Assembly: GCA_034429955.1 (NCBI GenBank)
Contig: DAOUFH010000147.1
Span: 1 to 44,762, forward strand
DNA: 44,762 nucleotides
Reading direction: 5' to 3'
From: Dehalococcoidales bacterium
GTDB lineage: Bacteria; Chloroflexota; Dehalococcoidia; Dehalococcoidales; UBA3254
Shown: positions 34,986 to 43,207 of the stretch, piece by piece
How positions within the stretch are numbered: the stretch's first letter is position 1
Layout of the letters: each line of letters begins with the position of its first letter
Position numbers and translations under genes: made by a program
The notes under the pieces: model-generated
What the model was told of the DNA's origin: nothing
The model's input: only the letters and a program-made list of their open reading frames with translations
The model's database searches: none

Positions 34986-35045
34986 GCACAGATCTGATAA
35001 GTCTGCGGTCAATGTTTCAATCTCATTAGCGCCCACCATTTCAGC
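34986..35045 (+). repeat. Direct repeat copy 2 (displaced tRNA-Ile 3' fragment)
   Basis: gcacagatctgataagtctgcggtcaatgTttcAatcTcattagcgcccaccatttcagc. There is no 5' half, so it is not a functional tRNA. Confidence 0.85.
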
Positions 35046-35084
35046 TTTTCATAAAAGCTTCTAATCTGCTTGTCTGTTATTGGG

Positions 35085-35807
35085 TTAATAATCAAACAGA
35101 TAATGAATCATTCTCTCTGGCTGCTCTACAAACTGCTTCATGATTTTATAATTTTCGCACTCCTTATATTTTACCCGCTGCAGACCGTCCTCTGATATTT
35201 GATAGATAACAGCGTCCGGATAAGACAGCAGTATTGGAGAGTGAGTTGCAATAATAAACTGAGAATTTTTTGCAACCAGCCGTTTCATTTCTGTCAGAAG
35301 TGTCATTTGTCTTGAGGGTGATAATGCAGCTTCCGGCTCATCCAATATATATAACCCATTGCCTCTAAAACGATTTTTAACCAGCGCCATAAAGCTTTCG
35401 CCATGAGACTGTTCGTGCAATGATTGCCCGCCATATCCGGCCAGGTCGATGCCTAACTCATCTACTTGCGTTGCTACATTATAAAAACTCTCAGCGCGTA
35501 AAAAGAAGCCGTCCTTCTCATGCGCGGATTTGGCAAGAGTCAAATACTTATGCAAATCTGAAGAGGTTTGATGGGTAGAAAAGGTGAAATTTTTCGAGCC
35601 GCCTTCTGAGTTAAATCCGGCGCAGATGGCAATTGCTTCAATAATGGTAGATTTACCGGTGCCATTTTCACCCACAAAGAAGGTAACGTCGCTGGTGAAA
35701 TCCAGACTTTCGGCTTTAAGCAGCCATTTTACTACAGGTAATTCAGCTAGATACGATTGCTCATCAAACTGCTTTATCTTAATTTGATTAATAAATAAGC
35801 GTTCCAA
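35085..35807 (-). CDS. Stand-alone ABC/SMC-like AAA ATPase (AAA_21/AAA_15-type)
   Basis: Walker A GENGTGKST, signature-like ..SHGES.., Walker B LYILDEPEAALS, H-loop ATHSP. The start is TTG. Confidence 0.7.
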   Translation of the reverse strand: MERLFINQIKIKQFDEQSYLAELPVVKWLLKAESLDFTSDVTFFVGENGTGKSTIIEAIAICAGFNSEGGSKNFTFSTHQTSSDLHKYLTLAKSAHEKDGFFLRAESFYNVATQVDELGIDLAGYGGQSLHEQSHGESFMALVKNRFRGNGLYILDEPEAALSPSRQMTLLTEMKRLVAKNSQFIIATHSPILLSYPDAVIYQISEDGLQRVKYKECENYKIMKQFVEQPERMIHYLFDY

Positions 35808-35976
35808 CTTCTTATCACCGGTATATAAGTGTTTTGTTTAATCTATAATATCAGATTTTGGATGGCAGGGTGTTGCCTAAAAAGGAGCCAGGATAGGTTA
35901 TCACGGTATCAAATTTACCATTTCAAAGCTAAATTTGAAGGGTTTGAGTAGCGTCCGCCATATTTGTACGAATAAG

Positions 35977-36008
35977 AAACCTTCAGTGAAACAACTGAAG
36001 GTTTTTTT
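35977..36008. terminator. Hairpin terminator downstream of the URO-D-like gene
   Basis: aaccttcag-(8 nt)-ctgaaggtt, with T7 on the plus side and tttcttatt on the minus side. Confidence 0.6.
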
Positions 36009-36040
36009 CAATTCATCGACTTTGAGGGGGCTATTATTAA

Positions 36041-37285
36041 CTAATACTTGCCGAATTCGCGGGTAGCTTCTACCCAGGCTTTAACCAGTTCAGGGCGGGA
36101 GCCTGACATCTCACCCACACCGGTACACATGATAAAGCCGCCACCTTTGCCTACCGTTTCGCATACTATTTTAGTGTGTTCCCGTACTTTCTCAATCGTG
36201 CCGGATACCAGAAGTGAATTCGGCATGCCGCCGATAATGCACATAATAGAACCGAGCATTTCTTTGACCTTGAAGATATCGCTGGTGTGGAACCAGCCGG
36301 CCGTTTTACCGGGGGGTAATTCAGCCAGATAACTCAGGCGTTTGTCCCAGTTGCCTTCATAAAAAATATAGGGGGTAATGTCATTTTCAATAAGCGTTAA
36401 AATGACCTTTTTGAGCTGAGGCCAATAGAACTTTTCAAATTGAGGCAGCGACATGAAGCCGTCTGAACCACGATGCAGCGGAATAAAACAGGTTTTAGTG
36501 CCAGTCGTACGGCGTATGTTGATGGCGTTTTTCAACTGCAACCGGGATACCTTTTCCTCAGCGGCCAGGAGCTGCTCCGGACGCCGGTAGAGATCGAGCA
36601 TAATCCCCCGCATCCCGCGTAAAGTATCAGACATGAAATCAAAGGGTGCGGTGACCTGCATCGAACTGACCACAAAACCTGAAGAAAAACCCAGGTCAGC
36701 CGTTCTCCGGATGTTCCGCGCCATTAGCGCGATATCTTCGGCGGCTGCCTGGGCAGCTTTAGCAAGGGTTTGAAAAGTCTCGGCAAGAGCAGGAATATTC
36801 AGTGTCCCCAGGCCTAAAACACTGTAGGAACCATTCAGAAAAAGGCCCAGGGGCTGTAATAACGACAATCCCTCCAGACCGGCGAACACACGCGGCAGAT
36901 AGACCCTCACCGCCCAATCAGCCGGGTCTTCGAGGAACTCGTCATAGTCCTCAGCTTGCATAAATTCTTTTTCATTGAATTGATATTCAGAGTTTGGACT
37001 GGAACCATGCCCCGGGAAAGTTGTCATGCGGTCACCCAGAAGCAGATGGGGTTTGGGGTCGGGCGGAAAAAGACCGAAGATAGCGTCCGGCTGAAACTCC
37101 ACGGCTGCCTTTTCCAGCAGTTCCTGGGCTTTTTCGGTATCATCGTGCAATTCCTGGCGGGATATCCCGCCAATGTCAGCCAGCATATAACTCATCGGCA
37201 GTATAATCGGGATGCAATCCGGTTGTCTTAGCTGGATGGCAGTCTGGATGCGGTTATCCCGTTCTAGAAACATCTTATCTGACAT
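36041..37285 (-). CDS. Uroporphyrinogen-decarboxylase (URO-D) superfamily protein, paralog 1
   Basis: 414 aa. It shares long motifs with 41706-43022 (EYQF.E.EFMQ..., YLPRV, FD..S..LRGM.G.M.D.YRRP..LL, IPL.RG...FMS..QF..FYWP.LKK, G.GGGFI). It lacks the HemE RQAGR N-terminal motif. Confidence 0.75.
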   Translation of the reverse strand: MSDKMFLERDNRIQTAIQLRQPDCIPIILPMSYMLADIGGISRQELHDDTEKAQELLEKAAVEFQPDAIFGLFPPDPKPHLLLGDRMTTFPGHGSSPNSEYQFNEKEFMQAEDYDEFLEDPADWAVRVYLPRVFAGLEGLSLLQPLGLFLNGSYSVLGLGTLNIPALAETFQTLAKAAQAAAEDIALMARNIRRTADLGFSSGFVVSSMQVTAPFDFMSDTLRGMRGIMLDLYRRPEQLLAAEEKVSRLQLKNAINIRRTTGTKTCFIPLHRGSDGFMSLPQFEKFYWPQLKKVILTLIENDITPYIFYEGNWDKRLSYLAELPPGKTAGWFHTSDIFKVKEMLGSIMCIIGGMPNSLLVSGTIEKVREHTKIVCETVGKGGGFIMCTGVGEMSGSRPELVKAWVEATREFGKY

Positions 37286-37498
37286 TTTGGACTTTCCTCA
37301 CTCGCAAAGATTTGCTTTCACGGCACCTTTGCCCGGCATTTATTACGCTCAAATTTTGAAATTTGAGTACATTGGTTATTTTGCGGTAATCACGGCGGAC
37401 GGAGGTTTACCCCCGGCAAGTCTCAGGTATTATTATGCAATGTTTTAAATATTACGTCTAATTAACTATTTAATAAGATAAGAGCTAGTATCTCACCG

Positions 37499-37548
37499 GT
37501 CAGGTTGGAAGCCTTGAAAGGCAAAGCTGGAACATCCGGTGGAGTGGT
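37499..37548 (+). repeat. Intergenic repeat, 'GAAGCATCCGG' module (diverged copy)
   Basis: ggtcaggttggaagccttgaaaggcaaagctggaacatccggtggagtgg. Confidence 0.5.
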
Positions 37549-37559
37549 GATCGCTATAG

Positions 37560-37778
37560 AAGCAGGCTATAACAATAACGAGAGAAACTAAAATACTCAC
37601 CATAGTAGAAAATTGTCAGACTAGTCAGGAAACACAGGAGATACTTGGCAATAGTATTACCCTTGAACAATTACGTTGCAGTATTAATGAGGTTAAAGAG
37701 GAAAAGACGATACCGCGGAAAGAGGCCAGAGACCAGATAGCGCATATTTATCTCCTCTCCTGGTCTTTGCCTTTATGA
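37560..37778 (+). pseudogene. Possible start-less Phd/YefM-type antitoxin remnant
   Basis: This open frame has no start codon: ..AITITRETKILTIVENCQTSQETQEILGNSITLEQLRCSINEVKEEKTIPRKEA... It resembles ..ItrnGkpvavlv..eeyesl.Etleil.dp.....l..s......g... Confidence 0.25.
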
Positions 37779-38079
37779 AAGTTTCCGGCTTGCTCAGAGA
37801 AGACGCGTGACTATGGAAAAAATATGTTAAGCAAGTCTGAAGTCTAGTTTGAACGTTCGACTGCTATATTTTACAATATAATCCGCCATTTTAACCTCCG
37901 GTACTACACGGTAGACAGCATTGACTAAACCTCTTTAAGCTTGTATCTTAAGAGACAAACCAGGTAAAATATGATACCTTCCCATATATTAGCCGGTTTT
38001 ATTACAGGACGGAATTCTTTAGTATGGGTAAATATAAAAAAATTCCCTTAAAGCATTGCGTATCTGAAATAACAAGCTG

Positions 38080-39477
38080 ATGAAGCATTTTGCAGATATA
38101 CAAAGCGAGCTTATTAAAGCTACTCGGACATGGGCTTTGGGAGACAGCACCGGACTTGCTCATGCTGCAGAATTACGCAATCAAGCAATTCGGCTTAACC
38201 AGATCCACTACCGGGAAAATATTCCACTGTACCGCAAGATAGCAGAGGAAGAGGGATTGGGAGCGGATGCTGACATTGCCACAATTAAGAAAAATCTCAT
38301 GTTTTCCTCCGATATATTTAAGAGCTACGAACAGTCCTGGTTGGACGACAACAATTTCAGCAGTATGTCGCAATGGCTCTCCAGTATCTACCACAGGCGT
38401 ATCGATACAGATGTATCCGGTGTCCAATCTATCGATGCCTGGATAGAATGTCTCGAAACAAGCGGTGTCCATGTGGTCTACAGTTCCGGCACGTCGGGTG
38501 CCTTTTCTTTTGTCCCTAGAGATAAAAAGAACTGGCAGCTATCCATGACGGCAAATAGTGCCTGCCTCTCCCCTCTTCTGGCCGGTCGGATAACCGGTGG
38601 ATTATCACAAAAAATCCTTGGATCAACTCTTAAACTAATGGCCCCGGATGTCTTTGACAAACTTGCTGCTAAAAAAATGCTGTCAGAATTCGATGCTGCC
38701 TTCCTGGGATTCCGCTCCGGCCGGATGGGCAATCAGGCTCTGATCGAGGAGTTATCCCAGCTCTTTCAGCGGCCTTATTTTCTCTATGATATAGGTCTGA
38801 GTGGTACCGCCTTGCGCGTTCTCAGACGGGGTGCCGGAACAGAACAGGAAAACCGGACTGTTGAAAAATTAAGGCGCGAACTGACAGACCGGAAAGACGC
38901 AAACTACTTGAAAATGATAGATAATATCCGGCATTCAACCAAAGAGGGGCAAAAGGTATTTATATTTGGCGCGCCTCATCAGTTCAAGGAACTGTGTGAA
39001 ATTATGGCAGCTTATAAGCTGCCTGTGTCTCTGAATAAAGGCAGCCTCGTACTCTTTGGCGGCGGTTGGAAATCATTTACAGGGGAGGCGATAAAACGGG
39101 AGACTTTAGTTAACAGGCTTACAGAGTCTTTAGATATATCACCCGATATGGTTTTGGAAGGTTATTCAATGACGGAAATTAATACCCTCATGCTGCGTTG
39201 TAAGCAGGGCTGTTTTCATATTCCGCCCATTATCGAACCGGCGGTCTTCGATGAAGAGATGAACTTAAGGGAAGGCAAAGACATAAAAGGTGCTTTCGGT
39301 TTCCTCGACCCTATGGCGGTTGCTTACCCTGGTTTCATTATCAGCAATGATTATGTTCATATGATAGAGGGAGTGTGCGCTTGCGGGCTTTCGGGTCCTG
39401 CGATAACAGAAATAGGACGTATATCAGGTAGTGAGATAAAGGGGTGCGGAGGTATTATGGGCTCCATACAGGCCTGA
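38080..39477 (+). CDS. LuxE-family acyl-protein synthetase-like adenylating enzyme
   Basis: YSSGTSGAFSF phosphate-binding loop. A single Cys in ..IKGCGGIMGSIQA lies 10 residues from the C-terminus. It is paired with a LuxC-like gene 12 nt downstream. Confidence 0.75.
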   Translation: MKHFADIQSELIKATRTWALGDSTGLAHAAELRNQAIRLNQIHYRENIPLYRKIAEEEGLGADADIATIKKNLMFSSDIFKSYEQSWLDDNNFSSMSQWLSSIYHRRIDTDVSGVQSIDAWIECLETSGVHVVYSSGTSGAFSFVPRDKKNWQLSMTANSACLSPLLAGRITGGLSQKILGSTLKLMAPDVFDKLAAKKMLSEFDAAFLGFRSGRMGNQALIEELSQLFQRPYFLYDIGLSGTALRVLRRGAGTEQENRTVEKLRRELTDRKDANYLKMIDNIRHSTKEGQKVFIFGAPHQFKELCEIMAAYKLPVSLNKGSLVLFGGGWKSFTGEAIKRETLVNRLTESLDISPDMVLEGYSMTEINTLMLRCKQGCFHIPPIIEPAVFDEEMNLREGKDIKGAFGFLDPMAVAYPGFIISNDYVHMIEGVCACGLSGPAITEIGRISGSEIKGCGGIMGSIQA

Positions 39478-39489
39478 GAGGAATCTGAT

Positions 39490-41076
39490 ATGGAAAGACA
39501 ATGTATTAGGTATAATTTATTAAACCTGGAAGGCGGCCTGGTCAGGGTGCCGTTTCTTATCAAGGGGAAGCTGTTAGTACCACCTGAAATCGGTAAGCAG
39601 GAAATCGAAAGTGCATTCAGCCAGGCTGACGAGACGATTACTTGCGTTAAACTGGCTGGGGGACAAGTCGTCCGTGAGCCTGTAATTGACCGCAAAACTA
39701 TGAAATATACAGGGGAATACCTCTACCTGGTCATGCCTTCAGTCTGCGGTTCAGCTCTCATCGAAACCGATACAGATAAGCTGGTACATGAACTTTATGC
39801 GTTATCTGTAGACAATATACTCGATTATCTGGCAGCCGTTTTATCCACCATAGAGGCCGGTAACCGGTTGATCTCGCAGATAAGTGAAATTAGCCGTCTG
39901 ACATCGGAATACCCGGACACTTTTCTGGATAACTGGTTTAACTCTTTTCAATTAACTTTCAGCCGTGAAGCGGCGCTCAAGATGATTGACACCGAGCTTT
40001 CCTTCGGAGAGAGGCCGGGCAGCGATTTTCTGAACGGATGGGTGGATATTCCCGCTTCAATATCACCCGGGTGCTTTCATATCTGCAATTTGTTCGCTAA
40101 AGGCATCAGCGATTCTGCCAAAGAAGTTAAGTATAGTATACGCGCTATGCCAACCAGGCAACTTCATATCACTGCCGGCAATACCCCGGATGTGCCACTG
40201 GTTTCTGCACTGCGTGCCGTGCTAACCAAGTCCGCCGCCGTAATCAAATTACCTTATGGCGCCTGCCTGACAGGAGCTTTATTTGCTTTAGCGGCAGTGG
40301 CTGCTGCTCCCAATCATCCTGTCACGAAAAATCTTTCTATGGTCTACTGGCAAGGGGGTGACGAGAGCGTAGAAAATACCCTTTTTAAGTCTAATGGGTT
40401 TGACCGGATTGTGGTCTGGGGCAGCCCGGAAACAGTCAGTGCGATAAAGTCCAAGGCGCTCGCCAGGGTTATTTGTCTCGACCCTCGCTATGGAGTTAGT
40501 CTGATAGGCAAGCAAGCTTTCTCCGGCAATATTGAAGAAACAGCAGCTAAAGCCTCACTGGATGTGATGCTTTATAACCAGAAGGCTTGCACTTCTTCTC
40601 TGGTGCACTATGTTGAAAGCACAGAGGAACAGGCCAACGAGTATGCACAGTCTCTATGTAATCTTTTAGGCAAGTGGGATAAAGAAATTCCTAACTTCGT
40701 ACAACCTTCTGCGATAGGACAAATCAAGCGTATGAGACGCGGGAGATATGCTAATGCCCGGTGGTATATAAATAAGGATTGCTCGTCCGGAGTAGTGGTG
40801 ATATCGGGGGAGTTTGATATCCTTAACCACCCGATGTGCCGGATAGTAGTGGTACGACCGGTAGCCAAACTGGAAGACTCTTTGAGGTATATGAACCGCT
40901 ATGTCTCGACTGTCGGTGTTTATCCTGAAGGCCGTAGACTGGAATTAAAAGACAGAATACTCGCCAAAGGTGTTTCCAGTGTATTCAGTCTCGGACAGTG
41001 CGATAGTGTCTATGCAGGGATGCCCCATGATGGGATGAGGATTTTAAGTGAACTGGTAGACTGGAAAAACAGTTGA
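39490..41076 (+). CDS. LuxC-family acyl-CoA/acyl-protein reductase-like (ALDH superfamily)
   Basis: LHITAGNTPDVPLVSALRAVLTKSAAVIKLP, APNHPVTKNLSMVYW, DRIVVWGS and YNQKACTSS (catalytic Cys) are collinear with Vibrio LuxC as I recall it. RBS is GAGAGGAA. Confidence 0.8.
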   Translation: MERQCIRYNLLNLEGGLVRVPFLIKGKLLVPPEIGKQEIESAFSQADETITCVKLAGGQVVREPVIDRKTMKYTGEYLYLVMPSVCGSALIETDTDKLVHELYALSVDNILDYLAAVLSTIEAGNRLISQISEISRLTSEYPDTFLDNWFNSFQLTFSREAALKMIDTELSFGERPGSDFLNGWVDIPASISPGCFHICNLFAKGISDSAKEVKYSIRAMPTRQLHITAGNTPDVPLVSALRAVLTKSAAVIKLPYGACLTGALFALAAVAAAPNHPVTKNLSMVYWQGGDESVENTLFKSNGFDRIVVWGSPETVSAIKSKALARVICLDPRYGVSLIGKQAFSGNIEETAAKASLDVMLYNQKACTSSLVHYVESTEEQANEYAQSLCNLLGKWDKEIPNFVQPSAIGQIKRMRRGRYANARWYINKDCSSGVVVISGEFDILNHPMCRIVVVRPVAKLEDSLRYMNRYVSTVGVYPEGRRLELKDRILAKGVSSVFSLGQCDSVYAGMPHDGMRILSELVDWKNS

Positions 41077-41268
41077 TGTAGTGACATAGTAGCGGATGAT
41101 AACGAAGCCCTGATTATCACTAGACCGGGAGGACGGGATGTGGTCATGATCTCCAAAGCCCGGTATTACAATATCATCAATATGGGCAACAAGGCTAACT
41201 GCGCATGGTTCCTGCCGGGTAAGAAGCAGGCGGAATCCGGTAAATTAAGAGAAGTTGCAATCGAGTGA
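41077..41268 (+). pseudogene. 5'-truncated Phd/YefM-family antitoxin gene
   Basis: The frame opens directly after the luxC-like TGA and has no start: ..VADDNEALIITRPGGRDVVMISKARYYNI...KQAESGKLREVAIE*. It has a 4-bp GTGA overlap with the toxin ORF. Confidence 0.5.
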
Positions 41269-41505
41269 TAAAACTTTTCACCGATACCGGGGGTGAAGAC
41301 TATACCTTCCGGCTTGAGAACGACTACAGAACACTCAAGAAAATCCACCGTTTGTTCAAATATATCGCCCATTCTTCTTTTGAAGCTTTGGGTAAACCTG
41401 AGCCGCTGAAATTACTGGTCGCGGCGTATCAACGAAACCGACAGGGTGTATAAGGTCGAGAAGGAAACCATCATCGTAATTGTCTGCAGAAGTCAGTATA
41501 AATAA
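41265..41505 (+). pseudogene. Frameshifted YoeB/Txe-family toxin gene
   Basis: MIKLFTDTGGEDY..LENDYRTLKKIHRLFKYIAHSSFEALGKPEPLK matches YoeB. After about nt 41425 the conserved C-terminus (..INETDRVYKVEKETIIVIVCRSQYK*) continues in the +1 frame. Confidence 0.7.
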
Positions 41506-41705
41506 TTAGTCTTTTGCTACTGGTTTTAAGAGACTCTTTTATCAGGCTTACTCTTAAAAATCCCCATATTCCGGCCTGGATTCAACTCTGAGTGTCAAAT
41601 TTTAAAGGTTCCAGCTTTAGGCGAGTCGCCGGGCGATACTGGCAGCCCGCCGCTTTATGCTATAATCTACGCATAAGATTTTAAAACCAGTCAGGAGGGC
41701 TAGCG

Positions 41706-43022
41706 ATGGATTTTCCGACTTCGGCAGAGCAATACAACCGGGAGAACCTTGAACTCAAAGCTCAGATTGAAAAACGGACAGGTAAAACCACTGAACAATT
41801 ATATGCGGAAAGGGAGAAACTGGTCAGAGACGCTATAGACCTGAAAGAACCCGAGAGGATCCCCTTTTCGGTTAATATCGATGCTCCGGCTTATTGCGGA
41901 GTCTCCAATTCAGCCGCTTATTATGACCCTCTGAGCTGGAAGGCTGCCATGCGCTGCATAACACTGGACCTTGAACCTGATATCGCCAATGCCGGTCTGC
42001 CCACTTCCGGTTCCGCCATGGAATTGCTGGACGTCAAGAACAAGCTGTGGCCGGGTGGAAATTTGCCTCCCAGTTACGAGTACCAGTTTGTCGAAGGTGA
42101 GTTTATGCAGGAAGATGAATATGACATGTTCATCTCCGATCCTACCGGCTTTATGCTGCGCCGTTATCTGCCCCGTGTTTACGGTGCGATGACACCGCTG
42201 GCCAAACTGCCGACATTGGATTCAATCTACCTGGGCTTCGAAGGCCTGAGCTCACTTTTCGCCAGTCCGGAGTTCGTGGAAATGGCGACCAGGGTGGCCG
42301 AGGCCGGCCGTAAAACCGCTGAATACCGCCAGGTCGTGGGAGATTCCTATGAAGAGCTGGCCCAGCTGGGTTTTCCCGGACTGGGTTCACCCAATGCGGT
42401 AGGTGTGGGCGGCGCGCCCTTCGATACCCTTTCCAGTTTCCTGCGGGGTATGAAAGGCTCGATGGTGGATATGTACCGCCGTCCGGCAAAACTGCTGCAA
42501 GCCTGCGAACTGATATTGGAACGCCGCATTGCCGTGGCTGAACCGGCCGATCCGAAACAAAGAGGGAATCCCAAGAGAATCGGTATTCCGCTCTGGCGCG
42601 GCGATAAAGCTTTTATGTCCGATGCCCAGTTTAAACGTTTCTACTGGCCGGGTTTGAAAAAAGCCCTGCAGGCCGATATCGATCTGGGTTTTGTGCCCAT
42701 GCCTTTCTTTGAGGCGGAGTTCGGCGACCGCCTGGAATGCCTGCTGGAACTGCCCAAAGGCAAAGTGCTGGCTTCGGTGGAGTATATGGATGCGGCGAAA
42801 GCCAGGGCAATCTTGAAGGGGCATGCCTGTGTGATGGTGCGTTGTCCTCCTCTTTCATCCAGGGTCTGGTCTCTGTCTGAGGTCGAGAGCTATGTCAAGG
42901 ATGTTATCGATAAGTACGGCCGGGGTGGAGGCTTTATACTCAATGTCCGGATTCCCGACAAAGGCACCCCGGCGGAGAAACAGGCTATGGTTAAGGCAAT
43001 CAGGGATTACGCGAGAAGATAG
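41706..43022 (+). CDS. Uroporphyrinogen-decarboxylase (URO-D) superfamily protein, paralog 2
   Basis: 438 aa with an AGGAGGG RBS. See 36041-37285 for the shared motifs. Confidence 0.75.
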   Translation: MDFPTSAEQYNRENLELKAQIEKRTGKTTEQLYAEREKLVRDAIDLKEPERIPFSVNIDAPAYCGVSNSAAYYDPLSWKAAMRCITLDLEPDIANAGLPTSGSAMELLDVKNKLWPGGNLPPSYEYQFVEGEFMQEDEYDMFISDPTGFMLRRYLPRVYGAMTPLAKLPTLDSIYLGFEGLSSLFASPEFVEMATRVAEAGRKTAEYRQVVGDSYEELAQLGFPGLGSPNAVGVGGAPFDTLSSFLRGMKGSMVDMYRRPAKLLQACELILERRIAVAEPADPKQRGNPKRIGIPLWRGDKAFMSDAQFKRFYWPGLKKALQADIDLGFVPMPFFEAEFGDRLECLLELPKGKVLASVEYMDAAKARAILKGHACVMVRCPPLSSRVWSLSEVESYVKDVIDKYGRGGGFILNVRIPDKGTPAEKQAMVKAIRDYARR

Positions 43023-43207
43023 CTACCGGTAATTAAATACGCAATGCGAAATAATAAATTCGAAGCAAATTCCAGGCTCGAAGCACTAAACCGATTCAAA
43101 TAACCGGAAGATATAAACCAACGTCATCGCGAACATCCTTCACTTCTGAAGCGATCGCATAGAATAGCTGACAGCACTCAGTCCTCAGAATGACAAGAAG
43201 CAGATGG

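Larger units (their letters stand above)
33598..35045 (+). mobile_element. Decayed integrase-less genomic islet inserted at tRNA-Ile
   Basis: Bounded by the 60-bp tRNA-derived direct repeat. The cargo is a higB remnant, higA and vat. The DNA is AT-richer than the flanks. Confidence 0.6.

Noticed and set aside
33598-35045. Integrase or excisionase gene within or next to the tRNA-Ile islet
   Set aside because: I looked on both strands. The only ORFs are higA, vat and a short higB-like stub, and the next gene (35085-35807) is an ATPase, not a recombinase.
36041-37285. Annotating the URO-D-like genes as hemE
   Set aside because: They lack the N-terminal RQAGR-type motif, are 60-80 aa longer than HemE, occur as two divergent paralogs, and have no other heme genes nearby.
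38080-41076. Interpreting luxE/luxC homologues as evidence of bioluminescence
   Set aside because: No luxA, luxB, luxD or luxG-like ORFs are in the window. Stand-alone LuxC/LuxE family members are known outside luminous bacteria.
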